Made by a program: the position numbers and the translations under genes. Positions 37,994 to 47,951 of a stretch of DNA of 64,000 nucleotides are shown in pieces (within the stretch, counting starts at the first letter, position 1; each line of letters opens with the position of its first letter). The notes beneath the pieces are model-generated. The model did not search any database and was not told the origin of the DNA. It was given only the letters and a program-made list of their open reading frames with translations. This DNA comes from a bacterium (GTDB lineage Bacteria > Hinthialibacterota > Hinthialibacteria > H5-UNCL2). The stretch is taken from the NCBI GenBank assembly GCA_015075175.1, contig JABTUV010000008.1, positions 329-64,328 on the forward strand. Reading direction: 5' to 3'.

Positions 37994-38977
37994 ATGGCGG
38001 ACGAGAAAGCGGCGCCCCGGCACGTGGGCGTGTTGACCAGCGGCGGAGACGCGCCGGGCATGAACGCGGCGGTGCGGGCGGCGGTGCGGGGATGCATCGG
38101 CCTGGGCGCGGCCGTCTCCGGCATCCGCCGCGGCTACCAGGGCATGATCGAGAACGACCTGTTCCCCATGCAACTGTCGTCGGTCGGCGGCATCATCAAC
38201 CGAGGCGGAACCATCCTGGGCACGGCGCGCAGCCAGGAGTTCATGAGCAAGGAGGGGCGCGCCAAGGCCGCCGCCAACCTGGCCGCCTGCGGCATCGGCG
38301 GCCTGGTCGTGATCGGCGGTGACGGCAGCTATCGCGGCGCCCACGCCCTCCACAAGGAGCACGGGATCCGCGTCCTCGGCGTTCCCGGCACCATCGACAA
38401 CGACATCGCGGGAACCGACTATACCATCGGCTTCGACACCGCCATCAACACCGCCCAGGAGGCCATCGACAAGATCCGCGACACCGCCGAGAGCCACGAC
38501 CGTGTGTTCGTGATCGAAGTGATGGGACGCCACGCCGGCTTCATCGCGCTGGACTCGGCGGTGGCCGGGGGGGCCGAGGCGGTCCTCATCCCCGAGCGCA
38601 AGGGCGACGTGGAGAGCATCTGCAAGAAGATCGAGGCGGGCCGCAAACGCGGAAAGATTTCCGCCATCGTGATCGTGGCGGAAGGCGCGGGCAGCGCCCT
38701 GGAGATCGGCTACCTCCTCTCCAAGATGATCGGAGTCGAGACGCGCACCGCCGTCATCGGGCATCTGCAGCGCGGGGGCCGTCCCACCGCCCTGGATCGC
38801 GTGCTGGCCAGCAAGATGGGCTTCGCCGCCGCCCAGGGCCTCTTCGCCGGCCTCTCCGACAAGATGGTCTGCATCGAAAACGGCAAAATCGTCTATCGCC
38901 CCCTCAGCCACGCCTGGAAGCACAAGAAGGAGGCCGACATGGAGCTGCTTTCGCTCGTGGACGCCCTCTCCATCTGA
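37994..38977 (+). CDS. pfkA: ATP-dependent 6-phosphofructokinase
   Basis: GVLTSGGDAPGMNAA, IGGDGSYRG and VPGTIDNDIAGTDYTIGFDTA. Gly at both E. coli-numbering positions 104 and 124 is the ATP-donor signature. Confidence 0.9.
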   Translation: MADEKAAPRHVGVLTSGGDAPGMNAAVRAAVRGCIGLGAAVSGIRRGYQGMIENDLFPMQLSSVGGIINRGGTILGTARSQEFMSKEGRAKAAANLAACGIGGLVVIGGDGSYRGAHALHKEHGIRVLGVPGTIDNDIAGTDYTIGFDTAINTAQEAIDKIRDTAESHDRVFVIEVMGRHAGFIALDSAVAGGAEAVLIPERKGDVESICKKIEAGRKRGKISAIVIVAEGAGSALEIGYLLSKMIGVETRTAVIGHLQRGGRPTALDRVLASKMGFAAAQGLFAGLSDKMVCIENGKIVYRPLSHAWKHKKEADMELLSLVDALSI

Positions 38978-38989
38978 CGGGAAGCGCAC

Positions 38990-39370
38990 GTGGAACTCTT
39001 CGGCGTCAGCACGCAGGAATTGGTGATCATCGTCTTGGTCGTGCTGGTCATCTTCGGGCCGCATCGGCTGCCCGAGCTGGCCCGGCACCTGGGGCGGGTG
39101 ACGCGCATGTTCCGCAAGGCGTCCGACGAGCTGCGGCGCAATTTGGACATGAACCTGGATGATCTGCCGCGCCCGCGTGACTTCCGCGTCGAGCTGGACA
39201 ACCCCTTCGAGCGCGAGTATCAGAGGCGCTTTGGACGGCGGGAGGAACCCGAGCCGGAGGCGCCCGCCGAACCCCCGGCGCTTCCCGCGCCGCCCGCCGA
39301 GCCTGAGATCCCGGAATCGCCGGGCGAGACGCCTCCCGACGACGCCCCGGCCTCCCAAGAGAAACCATGA
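38990..39370 (+). CDS. tatA: Sec-independent translocase TatA/TatB family protein
   Basis: GTG start. ELVIIVLVVLVIFGPHRLPELARHLGRVTRMFRKA is a TM helix, hinge FGP and amphipathic helix. The long acidic/Pro tail (126 aa) is TatB-like in length. Confidence 0.8.
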   Translation: MELFGVSTQELVIIVLVVLVIFGPHRLPELARHLGRVTRMFRKASDELRRNLDMNLDDLPRPRDFRVELDNPFEREYQRRFGRREEPEPEAPAEPPALPAPPAEPEIPESPGETPPDDAPASQEKP

Positions 39371-39497
39371 GCGGCGTACGGCAGAGTGCGCACTACCGCC
39401 ATGAGTCCCATGGGTCCGATTCGTTCCATGGGTTAGATTGTTCCCGGAGCCGGCCTTGACCGCTGCGCAAGAGAAGAAAAAACCCGATCCCTCCTCC

Positions 39498-40322
39498 ATG
39501 ACCTTCCTGGAGCATCTGGACGAGCTGCGCACGCGCCTGCTCTCCTGCCTGAAGGTGCTTGTGCTCGTGGGCGCCGTGTGCGGATGGTTCTGGCTGCCCA
39601 TCACCAAGTTCTTTCTGGGCTTCGCGCCGCAGAGGCCGGTCTACTATGCGGTCGATGAGGATCGCGTCGAGCGGGTGGTGTCACGTCAGGAATATGAGCG
39701 ATTGAAGGCGGAAAGCCCCGAGCGCGTGCGCCTGCGGTTGGAGCAGCCGCAGATCGCCATCGGCCCGGCTGAGACCTTCATGGCGGCGATGAAATCGGTC
39801 ATCGTGGTGGTGCTGGTGGTCGCTTCGCCGTGGCTCCTCCTGCAGCTCTGGCTGTTTGTCGCCCCGGGCCTGTACGCGCACGAGAAGCGCTACGTGGTTC
39901 CCTTCGTCGGCGCCAGCAGCCTCTTCTTTTTCCTGGGACTCCTGTTTGCCTACTACGTGGGCATCCCCTTGTCCACCAAGGTTCTTTACGGCATGGACAT
40001 CGGGGGGATGGTGGACGTGCAATGGACGGCGGAGCGCACGTTGAGTTTCGTTTTACGCATGTTCCTGGCCTTCGGCGTGGCCTTCGAGATGCCGGTCGTA
40101 GTGTTCGTCCTGGCGGCGCTGGGGATCGTCTCGCCGCGGACACTGGCGCGCCAGCGGCCCTACGTGGTAGTCGGCATCTTCTTCGCCGCGGCCATCCTGA
40201 CTCCCCCGGACTATGTCAGCCAGTTGATTCTGGCCCTGCCGCTGTGGATTCTCTTTGAAACCAGTATCATCGCCGCGCGCATCTTCGTGGCCCGCCGCCA
40301 AGTGGCCGAAGTGGTGGAGTAG
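39498..40322 (+). CDS. tatC: twin-arginine translocase subunit TatC
   Basis: MTFLEHLDELRTRLL followed by six predicted TM segments. The ORF track begins at TTG 39438, so the start is uncertain. Confidence 0.85.
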   Translation: MTFLEHLDELRTRLLSCLKVLVLVGAVCGWFWLPITKFFLGFAPQRPVYYAVDEDRVERVVSRQEYERLKAESPERVRLRLEQPQIAIGPAETFMAAMKSVIVVVLVVASPWLLLQLWLFVAPGLYAHEKRYVVPFVGASSLFFFLGLLFAYYVGIPLSTKVLYGMDIGGMVDVQWTAERTLSFVLRMFLAFGVAFEMPVVVFVLAALGIVSPRTLARQRPYVVVGIFFAAAILTPPDYVSQLILALPLWILFETSIIAARIFVARRQVAEVVE

Positions 40323-40401
40323 GGATAGTCCCTCATGCGATCGCGCCTCACTCGTAGAGGTTGAAAACCAAGGCCGCTCCCAAGGCGGGCTGGCTGCGTC
40401 A

Positions 40402-40554
40402 AGGCCGTCCTCTCGATACGCCGGAGTACCGGCTACTCGAGGACTCGGTTCTTATTTCCAGCAGAAAACCTGAGCCGTGTCCTCGAGTAGGCCCCGCCGA
40501 CGCACCTGCATGAGAAGGGGAATCCACCTTCGGGGCCGTATCGAGAGGCACGGC
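40402..40554. repeat. compact copy of the nested-hairpin MITE-like element
   Basis: Outer arms GGCCGTCCTCTCGATACG (40402-40419) / CGTATCGAGAGGCACGGC (40537-40554). Inner arms GGCTACTCGAGGAC (40430-40443) / GTCCTCGAGTAGGCC (40479-40493). The string CAGAAAACCTGAGCCGTGTCCTCGAGTAGGCCCCG is identical to 18843-18877. Confidence 0.7.
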
Positions 40555-40836
40555 GGCGGAACACCGGCCGCTCGGCGCCCGGGGCTTCTGACCGCATCGG
40601 TCGTCCCTCCCCGTTGCGCTGCGGTGGGTGGAACCCGCCGTCCGCGCAAACCATTTGGCACAGCAGTTGCTCCCTTCGGCTATGAATCCGGTTACAACGC
40701 CTGCGTACGGAGCCGCATGTTGCACACGTGCATGGTTTTTCCGCAGGCCGCTCCCTCGCGCCGGACGCAGACCAGCTCAAATCATTCCAGCGCGTGAGCT
40801 GTTTGGGACAGTTGCGCAACGAAGGGAGCCCCTACC

Positions 40837-41646
40837 ATGCCCAGACGCCATCGTATCGGGACGCTTGTTGGAGCCGCCGCACTCGCCTTCTCCGTCTCGA
40901 CTCTTGCGCTCGCACAGGATCCCGAGGACTCCGCCGTCTCGGTCACGGCGGCGGCCTCCATCGTCAGCAAGTACCTGTGGCACGGCTATGACGTATTGGA
41001 CGACCATGCCGCCTTTCAGCCTTACGTCGAGGTTGGATGGCGCGGTTTCTTCGTGGGCGTGTGGGGCTCCTTTGCGCTCGCCTCCGGCTTCGAGGACCTG
41101 GATGAACTGGATTACTACGCCGGCTGCACGCGTTCGTTTCTCTCGGAAGAACGATTCGCCTTCGACGCCATGCTGCTCTACACGTACTATGATTATCCCA
41201 ACTCGGACACCGTGCCGGGGTCGGATGGGGTGGCCGACACGCAGGACCTCATGCTCAAGTTTGCCTTTCCCAATCTCATTTCGCTGGGACCGGCCAAGCT
41301 GGTTCCATCCATCGCCGTCCTGCGCGAGTGGGACGGCGCGGAATCCGGCCATCACGTGGACGACGGCTGGCTGCACATTCTGGCGCTCAGCTATTCGCTT
41401 CCGCTGGCGGACACGGCGTTCACACAGGAGGGGCAGACGCTGGACGTTACGTTGGACGCGACTCACAACGACGGCGTCTTCGGCTCCGAGTCCGGCTGGA
41501 GCCATGGCACGCTCACGCTTGGCACGAGCTACTCCTGGGGCGCCGTCACCATCGCCCCCTACGTGGCGCACCAATGGTCGTGGGAGGACAGCGTCAACGA
41601 CGAAGATGAGTTCGTGGCGGGATGGACCGCCAAGGTGGAGTTTTGA
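40837..41646 (+). CDS. TorF/Gcw_chp family putative outer-membrane beta-barrel
   Basis: Signal peptide ...AALAFSVSTLALAQ. SKYLWHGYDVLDDHAAFQPYVEVGW...VGVWGS...ELDYYAG fits the S-x-Y-x-[WF]-RG...Q-P...W-x-S...E-x-D-x-Y pattern. The C-terminal residue is F. Confidence 0.55.
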   Translation: MPRRHRIGTLVGAAALAFSVSTLALAQDPEDSAVSVTAAASIVSKYLWHGYDVLDDHAAFQPYVEVGWRGFFVGVWGSFALASGFEDLDELDYYAGCTRSFLSEERFAFDAMLLYTYYDYPNSDTVPGSDGVADTQDLMLKFAFPNLISLGPAKLVPSIAVLREWDGAESGHHVDDGWLHILALSYSLPLADTAFTQEGQTLDVTLDATHNDGVFGSESGWSHGTLTLGTSYSWGAVTIAPYVAHQWSWEDSVNDEDEFVAGWTAKVEF

Positions 41647-41811
41647 GGGAAAATTGAGGTCAGCGCTTATTTTTGCCGGAAATCCCAGCGACGGCAATCC
41701 ACTTGCGAAGAAGAGTGGCCGCTGACCCCGATATTCCCCCCTTGACGACGCACCCTTTTGAGTACAAAAGGGTGGCGCCCCTTGCACTCCATGGGAAAGG
41801 AACCCTCGGCC

Positions 41812-43155
41812 ATGCGCAAAGCGATCGTCGTCTTGGGCGTCGCCGTCCTCGCGGTGCTATGTGCACCCGCGGGCGGCGCGGAAGCTACCGCCCGCGAAAA
41901 GGAACTGGAACAGCGCGTTGAGGCGCTGGAGAAGCGCATCGAGACGCTGGAGCGGCTCTTGGAGGCCCGCGGCGCGCCCCCTGCGGCGACTCCGGCGCCC
42001 GCCGTTGCCGAGAAGAGGGACGGAACCGCGTTCTCCGGCCGCTGGAAGGACGGCCCCGTCTGGCAAAGCCAGGACGGCGACTATACCTTCAAGGTCGGCG
42101 GGCGCGTGCAGACCGACTGGGCCTGGATGACCGAGGACGGCGACGTGCGCGACGTGGTCGGCGATCTCTCCGACGGCGTGGAGTTTCGCCGCGCCTACCT
42201 GACGCTCGCCGGCCTCATGTACAAGCGCATCGAGTGGAAGGCCGAGTACGACTTCGCCGGCGGCGATGTGGCCTGGCGCGACGTCTACATGGGCATCACC
42301 GACGTGCCCTTCGTGGGCGGGATTCGTGCCGGCCACTTCAAGGAACCCTTTGGTCTTGAGGAACTGCCCAGCGACAACTTCACCACCTTCATGGAGAAGT
42401 CGCTGGCCAACACCTTCGCCCCCTCGCGCAATACCGGCCTTGCGGTCGGCAACGCCCCGCTGGATCAGCGTATGACCTGGGCTGCGGGCGTATTCCGCGA
42501 CACAGACAACTTCGGCAATCGCCTGGGCGAGGGGCAGTACGCCGTGACGGGGCGGTTGACGGGTCTGCCGTACTACGCCGAGGAGGGCGCCCACCTCGTG
42601 CACGTGGGCGCGGCCGCCAGCCGCCGCAGCGTCCCCGACGAGATGGCCCAGTTCGCCGAGCGTCCCGAGGCGCATCTCGCCCCCAGGTTCGTGGATACCG
42701 GCAAGTTCGCCGCCGACATGTACAACCTGTTCGGGACGGAGGCCGCCTTCCTGTGGGGACCCTTCTCCATGCAGGGCGAGTACATGCTGGCCGACGTGGA
42801 CGCGGAACACGGCGACGATCCACGACTGGACGGGGGTTACGTGCTGGCCAGTTGGATGCTCACCGGCGAGCATCGCAACTACAACCGCAGGCTGGGCGGT
42901 TTCGACCGCATGCGCCCGCGCCGCAATTTTCTTGACGGCGAGGGCGGGCTGGGCGCCTGGGAACTGGCCGTGCGCTGGTCCACGCTGGACCTCTCCGACG
43001 AGCTCCTTTCCGGCGGCGAGCTTTCCGACGTGACCGTCGGGCTCAACTGGTATCTCAATCCCAACAGCCGCATCATGTGGAACTGGGTTCACGGCGACCT
43101 GGACGACGTGGGCGATGCGGATATCTTCCAGATGCGCTTGCAGATCGACTTCTGA
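41812..43155 (+). CDS. phosphate-selective porin O/P family outer-membrane protein
   Basis: ATG 41812 with signal peptide MRKAIVVLGVAVLAVLCAPAGGA. An N-terminal coiled coil (KELEQRVEALEKRIETLERLLE) is followed by GHFKEPFGLEELPSDNFTTFMEKS. The barrel ends in LNWYLNPNSRIMWNWVHGD...FQMRLQIDF. Confidence 0.8.
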   Translation: MRKAIVVLGVAVLAVLCAPAGGAEATAREKELEQRVEALEKRIETLERLLEARGAPPAATPAPAVAEKRDGTAFSGRWKDGPVWQSQDGDYTFKVGGRVQTDWAWMTEDGDVRDVVGDLSDGVEFRRAYLTLAGLMYKRIEWKAEYDFAGGDVAWRDVYMGITDVPFVGGIRAGHFKEPFGLEELPSDNFTTFMEKSLANTFAPSRNTGLAVGNAPLDQRMTWAAGVFRDTDNFGNRLGEGQYAVTGRLTGLPYYAEEGAHLVHVGAAASRRSVPDEMAQFAERPEAHLAPRFVDTGKFAADMYNLFGTEAAFLWGPFSMQGEYMLADVDAEHGDDPRLDGGYVLASWMLTGEHRNYNRRLGGFDRMRPRRNFLDGEGGLGAWELAVRWSTLDLSDELLSGGELSDVTVGLNWYLNPNSRIMWNWVHGDLDDVGDADIFQMRLQIDF

Positions 43156-43282
43156 CGTGGAGTCGGAAACCGAAGGCCCTGAGCCTGTCGAAGGGGGCGA
43201 CTTGCGTGCCGCGGGCGACCTTGCTGCGGCCCTGCCTCCCCCCTTAACAAAGGGGGGCGGGCGTCTGCGGAGAGGACTCGGC

Positions 43283-43954
43283 ATGTTGTACTTCTTCTTT
43301 CCCTTTGCGACTACGGCGCCGGTTTGGCGGCGACCGTGGCTGGTTCTGGCGATCTTTCTCGCCTGTCTGGCCGCCTACCTGGCGAGTTGGTCCGGAGAGA
43401 GCTGGCACTGGATGACGGAGCACCTGGTGCTGTCGCCGGCCAACTTCAGTCTGCAGCGGTCGCTGGCCTCGACCTTCCTGCACGCCGGCATCGTGCATTT
43501 TCTGGGCAATATGATGTACCTCTACATCTTCGGGGCGGCGGTGGAAACGCGGCTGGGATGGTGGCGGTTTGCGGCGCTTTATTTCGCCTCGGGACTGGCG
43601 GGAGACGTGCTGTATGCGCTCCTGGCCTCCGAGTCGGCGCGGCACGTGGGCACGATCGGCGCCTCGGGGTGCGTGTCGGGTGTTCTGGGCGCCTACGCGG
43701 TCTTCTACTGGCACACTGAGGTGCGCTTCTACTGGTGGGTGTGGCTGTTCCGGGAAGTGCGCTCGGGAACGTCCGACATCTCGGCCCTGTTCGTGATGGC
43801 GGTCTATTTTCTCGCCCAGTTGTGGTCGCTCTTTTCGGCAAGCGGGTCGGGAGTGAACTACGCGGCGCACGTGGGCGGGTTTGTGATCGGAGTGGGGCTG
43901 GCCTACGGCTGGCGGCGGCGCGCGCGGGAGGATTTCTCGCGACGGTCGAAATGA
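43283..43954 (+). CDS. rhomboid family intramembrane serine protease
   Basis: ATG 43283 after GGAGAGG. HAGIVHFLGNMMYLYIFG (H-x4-N), the catalytic GASGCVSGVLGAY and the downstream AAHVGGFVIG. Confidence 0.85.
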   Translation: MLYFFFPFATTAPVWRRPWLVLAIFLACLAAYLASWSGESWHWMTEHLVLSPANFSLQRSLASTFLHAGIVHFLGNMMYLYIFGAAVETRLGWWRFAALYFASGLAGDVLYALLASESARHVGTIGASGCVSGVLGAYAVFYWHTEVRFYWWVWLFREVRSGTSDISALFVMAVYFLAQLWSLFSASGSGVNYAAHVGGFVIGVGLAYGWRRRAREDFSRRSK

Positions 43955-43978
43955 CAGCTATTCTCCCCCCGTTGGGGC

Positions 43979-44929
43979 CTACACCTTGGCGCGGCGGGTC
44001 TTCCACTGGCGCAGTTGCGCCTTCAGCATGTGCCAGAGGGAGAAGCGGATGGGCATCATGGTGGGCAGCGTGATGTCGTGCACGGCGACCTCGGCGATGG
44101 AGGCGCCCAGAATCTCCAGGTTGGGCATGAAGGCCTCGCGGCGATCTTGGCGGCGCGCCTCGGCCAGCACGTTCACCTTCTCCGGCGGTACTCCGAGAAC
44201 CTGGCAGAGCGTGCGATCCACCGCCAGGGGACTGGGGGACGCGCACAGCACCCCCAGAAGGCGCGGCTGGCCCCCCTGCGGCCCGTGCTTGTCCATCATG
44301 ACCACCCCGTCCGCCAAGGTGAGGACCGGCGCCAGCCGGTCCGCCAGCGCCAAGAGCATGGCCGAAAAACGCTCGCGCCGACCTCCCAGCCGCATGTGCA
44401 ACCACGCCTTGCGCCGCGCCGGAATGGTCCCAAACAGGTTCTTCACCCCCAACGTGAGCACCAGTTGGCAATGCACCTTGACCTTGGGCAGGTTGATGAT
44501 CCTGTCCGCGTCCAGGGCGTGGCGGGCGATGCGCAGCTTGAAACCGGACTCGGGCAGCCGCACCAGCTTGTGCGCCTCGCGCGAGAAGTCCACGCACTCG
44601 ACCCCCCGCTGCCGCAGCGGCTCCAGGATGCCCAGTCCGTCCATGGTTTTCAGGACCGTCCCAAAGGCGTTGCTGTCGCCCACGATCACGCGCGCGCCCA
44701 GGTCCAGGAGCCGCTCCACCACCCCCAGAATCACCGCCGGATGCGTCGTCACGGCCGACGGGGCGGGCCGCGCCGACAGGAAGTTGGGCTTGACCAGGAC
44801 GGTCTCGCCCCGCCCCGCCATCTGCGACCAGCCGCCCAGATACTCGACGGTCCGGTCGATGGCCGGATAGAGCTCGGCCGGCGTGTAGCTCTTGCAGGGC
44901 ACGAGCGCAACGGGAACAGGATGCCGCAT
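43979..44929 (-). CDS. DUF362 domain protein
   Basis: ATG 44929 after GGGAGA. VALVPCKSY...ETVLVKPNFLSARPAPSAVTTHPAVILGVVERLLDLGA..VIVGDS is the DUF362 pattern. Confidence 0.7.
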   Translation of the reverse strand: MRHPVPVALVPCKSYTPAELYPAIDRTVEYLGGWSQMAGRGETVLVKPNFLSARPAPSAVTTHPAVILGVVERLLDLGARVIVGDSNAFGTVLKTMDGLGILEPLRQRGVECVDFSREAHKLVRLPESGFKLRIARHALDADRIINLPKVKVHCQLVLTLGVKNLFGTIPARRKAWLHMRLGGRRERFSAMLLALADRLAPVLTLADGVVMMDKHGPQGGQPRLLGVLCASPSPLAVDRTLCQVLGVPPEKVNVLAEARRQDRREAFMPNLEILGASIAEVAVHDITLPTMMPIRFSLWHMLKAQLRQWKTRRAKV

Positions 44930-45001
44930 GGCGTTCTCCCGAAAGATTGTAGCGAGGTTCGATTCCAGTTTAGCCCGTCCTCGTGCGGCGGGCAACGGAA
45001 A

Positions 45002-46531
45002 TCATTGCCTGTCAGCCGCGAGGAGTTCGGGATGAGACGCGAGATAGTCGACCAGAATGTCGGCGGCCAGTTGGTGTCCGGCGGGATTCCAGTGCGTGTC
45101 GAAGGCGCGATAGAGTTGCGGCGCGCCGTTCTCGACTTCGGCGAAGAAGCGGGGCCGGAAGTCCAGGTAGGGCCGTCCGCGCTGTTCCATCGCCGCTTGC
45201 AACGCGGCCGGAAAGCCGTTGCGATACATGCGGGCGCGCTCAACGAACCGGCGCGCGCGTTCCGGCGTGAGCGGCTCGCCCCGCGCCGCCTCCAGTACCG
45301 CCATTGGGTCCACGCGCTCCAGGAGATGCCATGCATAGACGGACGCCTTGGAGGGCAGCATGGCCACGAGCAGGCGCGCGCCGTGCTGCCGGCAGAGCGC
45401 CTCGCATTGTTCGATGCCCGCCAGCGTCGGCCCCCAGCCGGCATGGCGCCGCGCCTCCTCCGGACTCGTCTCCAGCATGGCCAGGTACGCCGGCGCAAAG
45501 CCCATCACCACCGAGGCGCCGGCGATTTCGCCGCGATAGGGCTGCAAGGGATTGGCCGGTAAAGCCTCCACATCCTGATTTCCGAAGTGCACCGTGAAGC
45601 GATGGGCCGCCCATCCCAGCACGGGCGAGCACTCCAGCCATCCCCGCCGGCGGCTGTCCCACTTCCAGTAGGGCATTCCCGACGCGCGCCATTCCTGCCA
45701 CTCGGCGCCGTTCTCCAGGTCGTTGCCGTCAAAAATACACAGGACGACCAACTGCGGCCGGTAGTATTCGATCTCGCGCGCGAGGACGATGGCCTCCTGC
45801 GGCACGCCGTAAGCGAAGACTCCCAAGTTGACGGCGGTCGCACCCAGCGCCCGGCAGGCCGAGGCGCACCAGATGTGCTCCGCCGCCAGGCGCGCGCAAA
45901 AAAGGAATGAATCACCCAGAAACAGTATGCGCGGTCGCTCCTCTCGCGTGCTGAAGCGAACGCCGTCATCGACCACGCCGCGATAGCCGCGTTCATCCAG
46001 CCGATTGAAGCAGGGCGGGTCCAGATCGAGGCTGAAGGCCTCCTTGCGGGTGGGCAGGGCGATGCCTTGCGCGGCCAAATCTCCCAACCAGGCGTGCCCG
46101 GCCTCGTCCCAAGTGAAACCCGGACGCAACCGGAAACCCAACTCGGGATCCGGCATCTGCCCCTTGAAGTAACCGCGAAAAAGCGACCTGCCTAGGTCGG
46201 GCAGGAGGGTCAGCGTTCCATTGGGAATGAGCGAGGGAGCGACCCGGAAAAGCGCCTCGACGCCGCCCGCCGCCAGCGCCAGGCAGAACCAGGCGTAACC
46301 CGTCCGGCGAATCCATCGCCGCGAAAAGTGGGTACTCCCAAAGGCCAACTCCAAGAGCCAGGGGACGATCACGGTGGCATGAAAGAGATAGCTGACGACG
46401 AAAAGAAGGCTGTAGCGTCCCCAGAGCACGGGCGCGAGCGCGGGATGCGCGTCTCGGGGGGCCCCGACCAGCCAGGGGAGAACGAGCAAGATGCCGGCGA
46501 CGAGAACGCGCAGCCAGGGCTTGCCTGTCAT
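45002..46531 (-). CDS. membrane-anchored SGNH/AlgJ-AlgX-like hydrolase or O-acyltransferase-related protein
   Basis: About 4 N-terminal TM helices, then ILFLGDSFLF (GDS block), FDGNDL and FDTHWNPAGHQLAA (the D-x-H-W block of AlgJ/AlgX-type SGNH folds). Function is inferred only. Confidence 0.5.
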   Translation of the reverse strand: MTGKPWLRVLVAGILLVLPWLVGAPRDAHPALAPVLWGRYSLLFVVSYLFHATVIVPWLLELAFGSTHFSRRWIRRTGYAWFCLALAAGGVEALFRVAPSLIPNGTLTLLPDLGRSLFRGYFKGQMPDPELGFRLRPGFTWDEAGHAWLGDLAAQGIALPTRKEAFSLDLDPPCFNRLDERGYRGVVDDGVRFSTREERPRILFLGDSFLFCARLAAEHIWCASACRALGATAVNLGVFAYGVPQEAIVLAREIEYYRPQLVVLCIFDGNDLENGAEWQEWRASGMPYWKWDSRRRGWLECSPVLGWAAHRFTVHFGNQDVEALPANPLQPYRGEIAGASVVMGFAPAYLAMLETSPEEARRHAGWGPTLAGIEQCEALCRQHGARLLVAMLPSKASVYAWHLLERVDPMAVLEAARGEPLTPERARRFVERARMYRNGFPAALQAAMEQRGRPYLDFRPRFFAEVENGAPQLYRAFDTHWNPAGHQLAADILVDYLASHPELLAADRQ

Positions 46532-46614
46532 CTCAATGCGCGCTCATTCCGTCTGTAGTCGCGCAGCCTGCCGCGCCGTGGCGTCGCTGTGCAACCTGCT
46601 CCGCCCGGGCCGCC

Positions 46615-47951
46615 TCACCGGGGCGGCCGCCAGTCAAGGATTTGGACCATGGTCGGCGGCTGCTGGACGACCGTCTCGTGGTCGCCCTGGTCGGTGGCCT
46701 GCACGAACACCGAGAGAATCCCGTCCCGCTTCCAGCGCAAGAGGTCGATGGCCGGCTCCCATTGAAGAAGATTCTCGTCCGAGAGCACGAACTTCTCGCG
46801 CCGGGTGTAATCCGGCGCGAGCAGACGAATCACGGCGGGCCGCGAGCCGGCTCGATTGTCGCGGTACATCACGTAGACGTTGTCCGCCCGGTCCAGAAAG
46901 ATGCAGCCGCGCGAGAGGGGATTGCGCAGCGATCCGCCCCCCTTCATCACGAAGGCCTCGCCGAAGTCGGAGACGGCGGAGATACGCCAGCCCTCCCCGT
47001 CGTGCCAGGCGTGATGATACTGCGAGACGCCGTTCGCATCGTTCTTCCGATAGACGGCGTGGAAGCGGCCGCGACTGTCGGCGTCGGAGGTGTCCTGGTT
47101 GGAGAGATTGCTGCCCTCGGGCACGGGATCGATCACCTCCGCGGTCTTGGGGGTGATGGGCAGGCGGTAAGGCTCGCCGCGCGAGTTCTCCCAAGTTCTG
47201 CCGCGGTCGCGGCTGCGGGCGTAGGAGACGCGGCTGTTGGTGGAAGCGTCGCCGGTGCGCCGCCACACCCAGCCGAGATGCAGGACGCCGTCGGACGCGA
47301 CCGCCGGCCGCATCCAGTAGGGATTGTATTCGCCCTCGCCGGAGATGACCGGATGCGCGACGACTTGCCACGTTGCCGACGGCACGTCATAGCGGTTCAG
47401 GCAGAGGTCGCCGTTGCCCGAGGCCCCGTCGCGGTAGAAGAAGAGCAGCGTGCCGTCGGGCAGATTGACGAACTCGGGGTAGGTGACGCGCCGCTCCCGC
47501 CGGCCCGTCATGGGGATCATCCCGCCGAAGGACGTGGGGTCCAGTGGACGCGCGCTTCTCCTGTAACGCAGGGGATGGCTGTGATGATCGTAACTGATGT
47601 GCAGGATGCCATCGGGCGAGACGCCGAGGCTGATGCCGTTGTGGGCGTCGCGCACGTTGCCCTTCCAGCCCGTGTCGTGCACCTGCCAGCGGTTCTCGGG
47701 GAGCGTGCGCCAGGCCAGAACGACCGTGCCCTCGGGCGAGTGGTAGGCGGTGAGCTGGCGGTCGCGGAAATCGTCACGGCGTGCTGGCGGAAGATGGGGG
47801 CGTTGACGTGGCTGCCGGAAAAGCCGAGGCCGAGGGGATGGAGTTGCACCTCTCCCGTGGCCGCGGCCCAAGCGCCCGCGCCGCCTCCCGACAAACTGGT
47901 GATGATGCCCAGGCAGGCGAGGCAAGCGCCGGCCCTTCGATAAGCACCCAT
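46615..47951 (-). CDS. BNR_4 (BNR repeat-containing family member), one apparent frameshift near 47760-47800
   Basis: ATG 47951 after GGAGG. The signal peptide MGAYRRAGACLACLGIITSLSGGGAGAWA and GSHVNAPIFRQHAVT are in ORF 47517..47963. The body (DRQLTAYHSPEGTVVLAWRTLPENRWQV...HNGISLGVSPDGILHISYDHHSHPLRY...LLFFYRDG) is in ORF 46615..47925. Confidence 0.65.

Noticed and set aside
40555-40836. Possible RNase P, SRP, tmRNA or group II intron domain V in the non-coding regions 18604-19160 and 40323-40836
   Set aside because: - I could not find the universally conserved blocks. These are GAGGAAAGTCC for RNase P, the GGAA/AGCAG symmetric loop for SRP, a tRNA-like 3' end for tmRNA, and a proper 34-nt domain V hairpin.
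- GAGCCGTGT resembles domain V only superficially.
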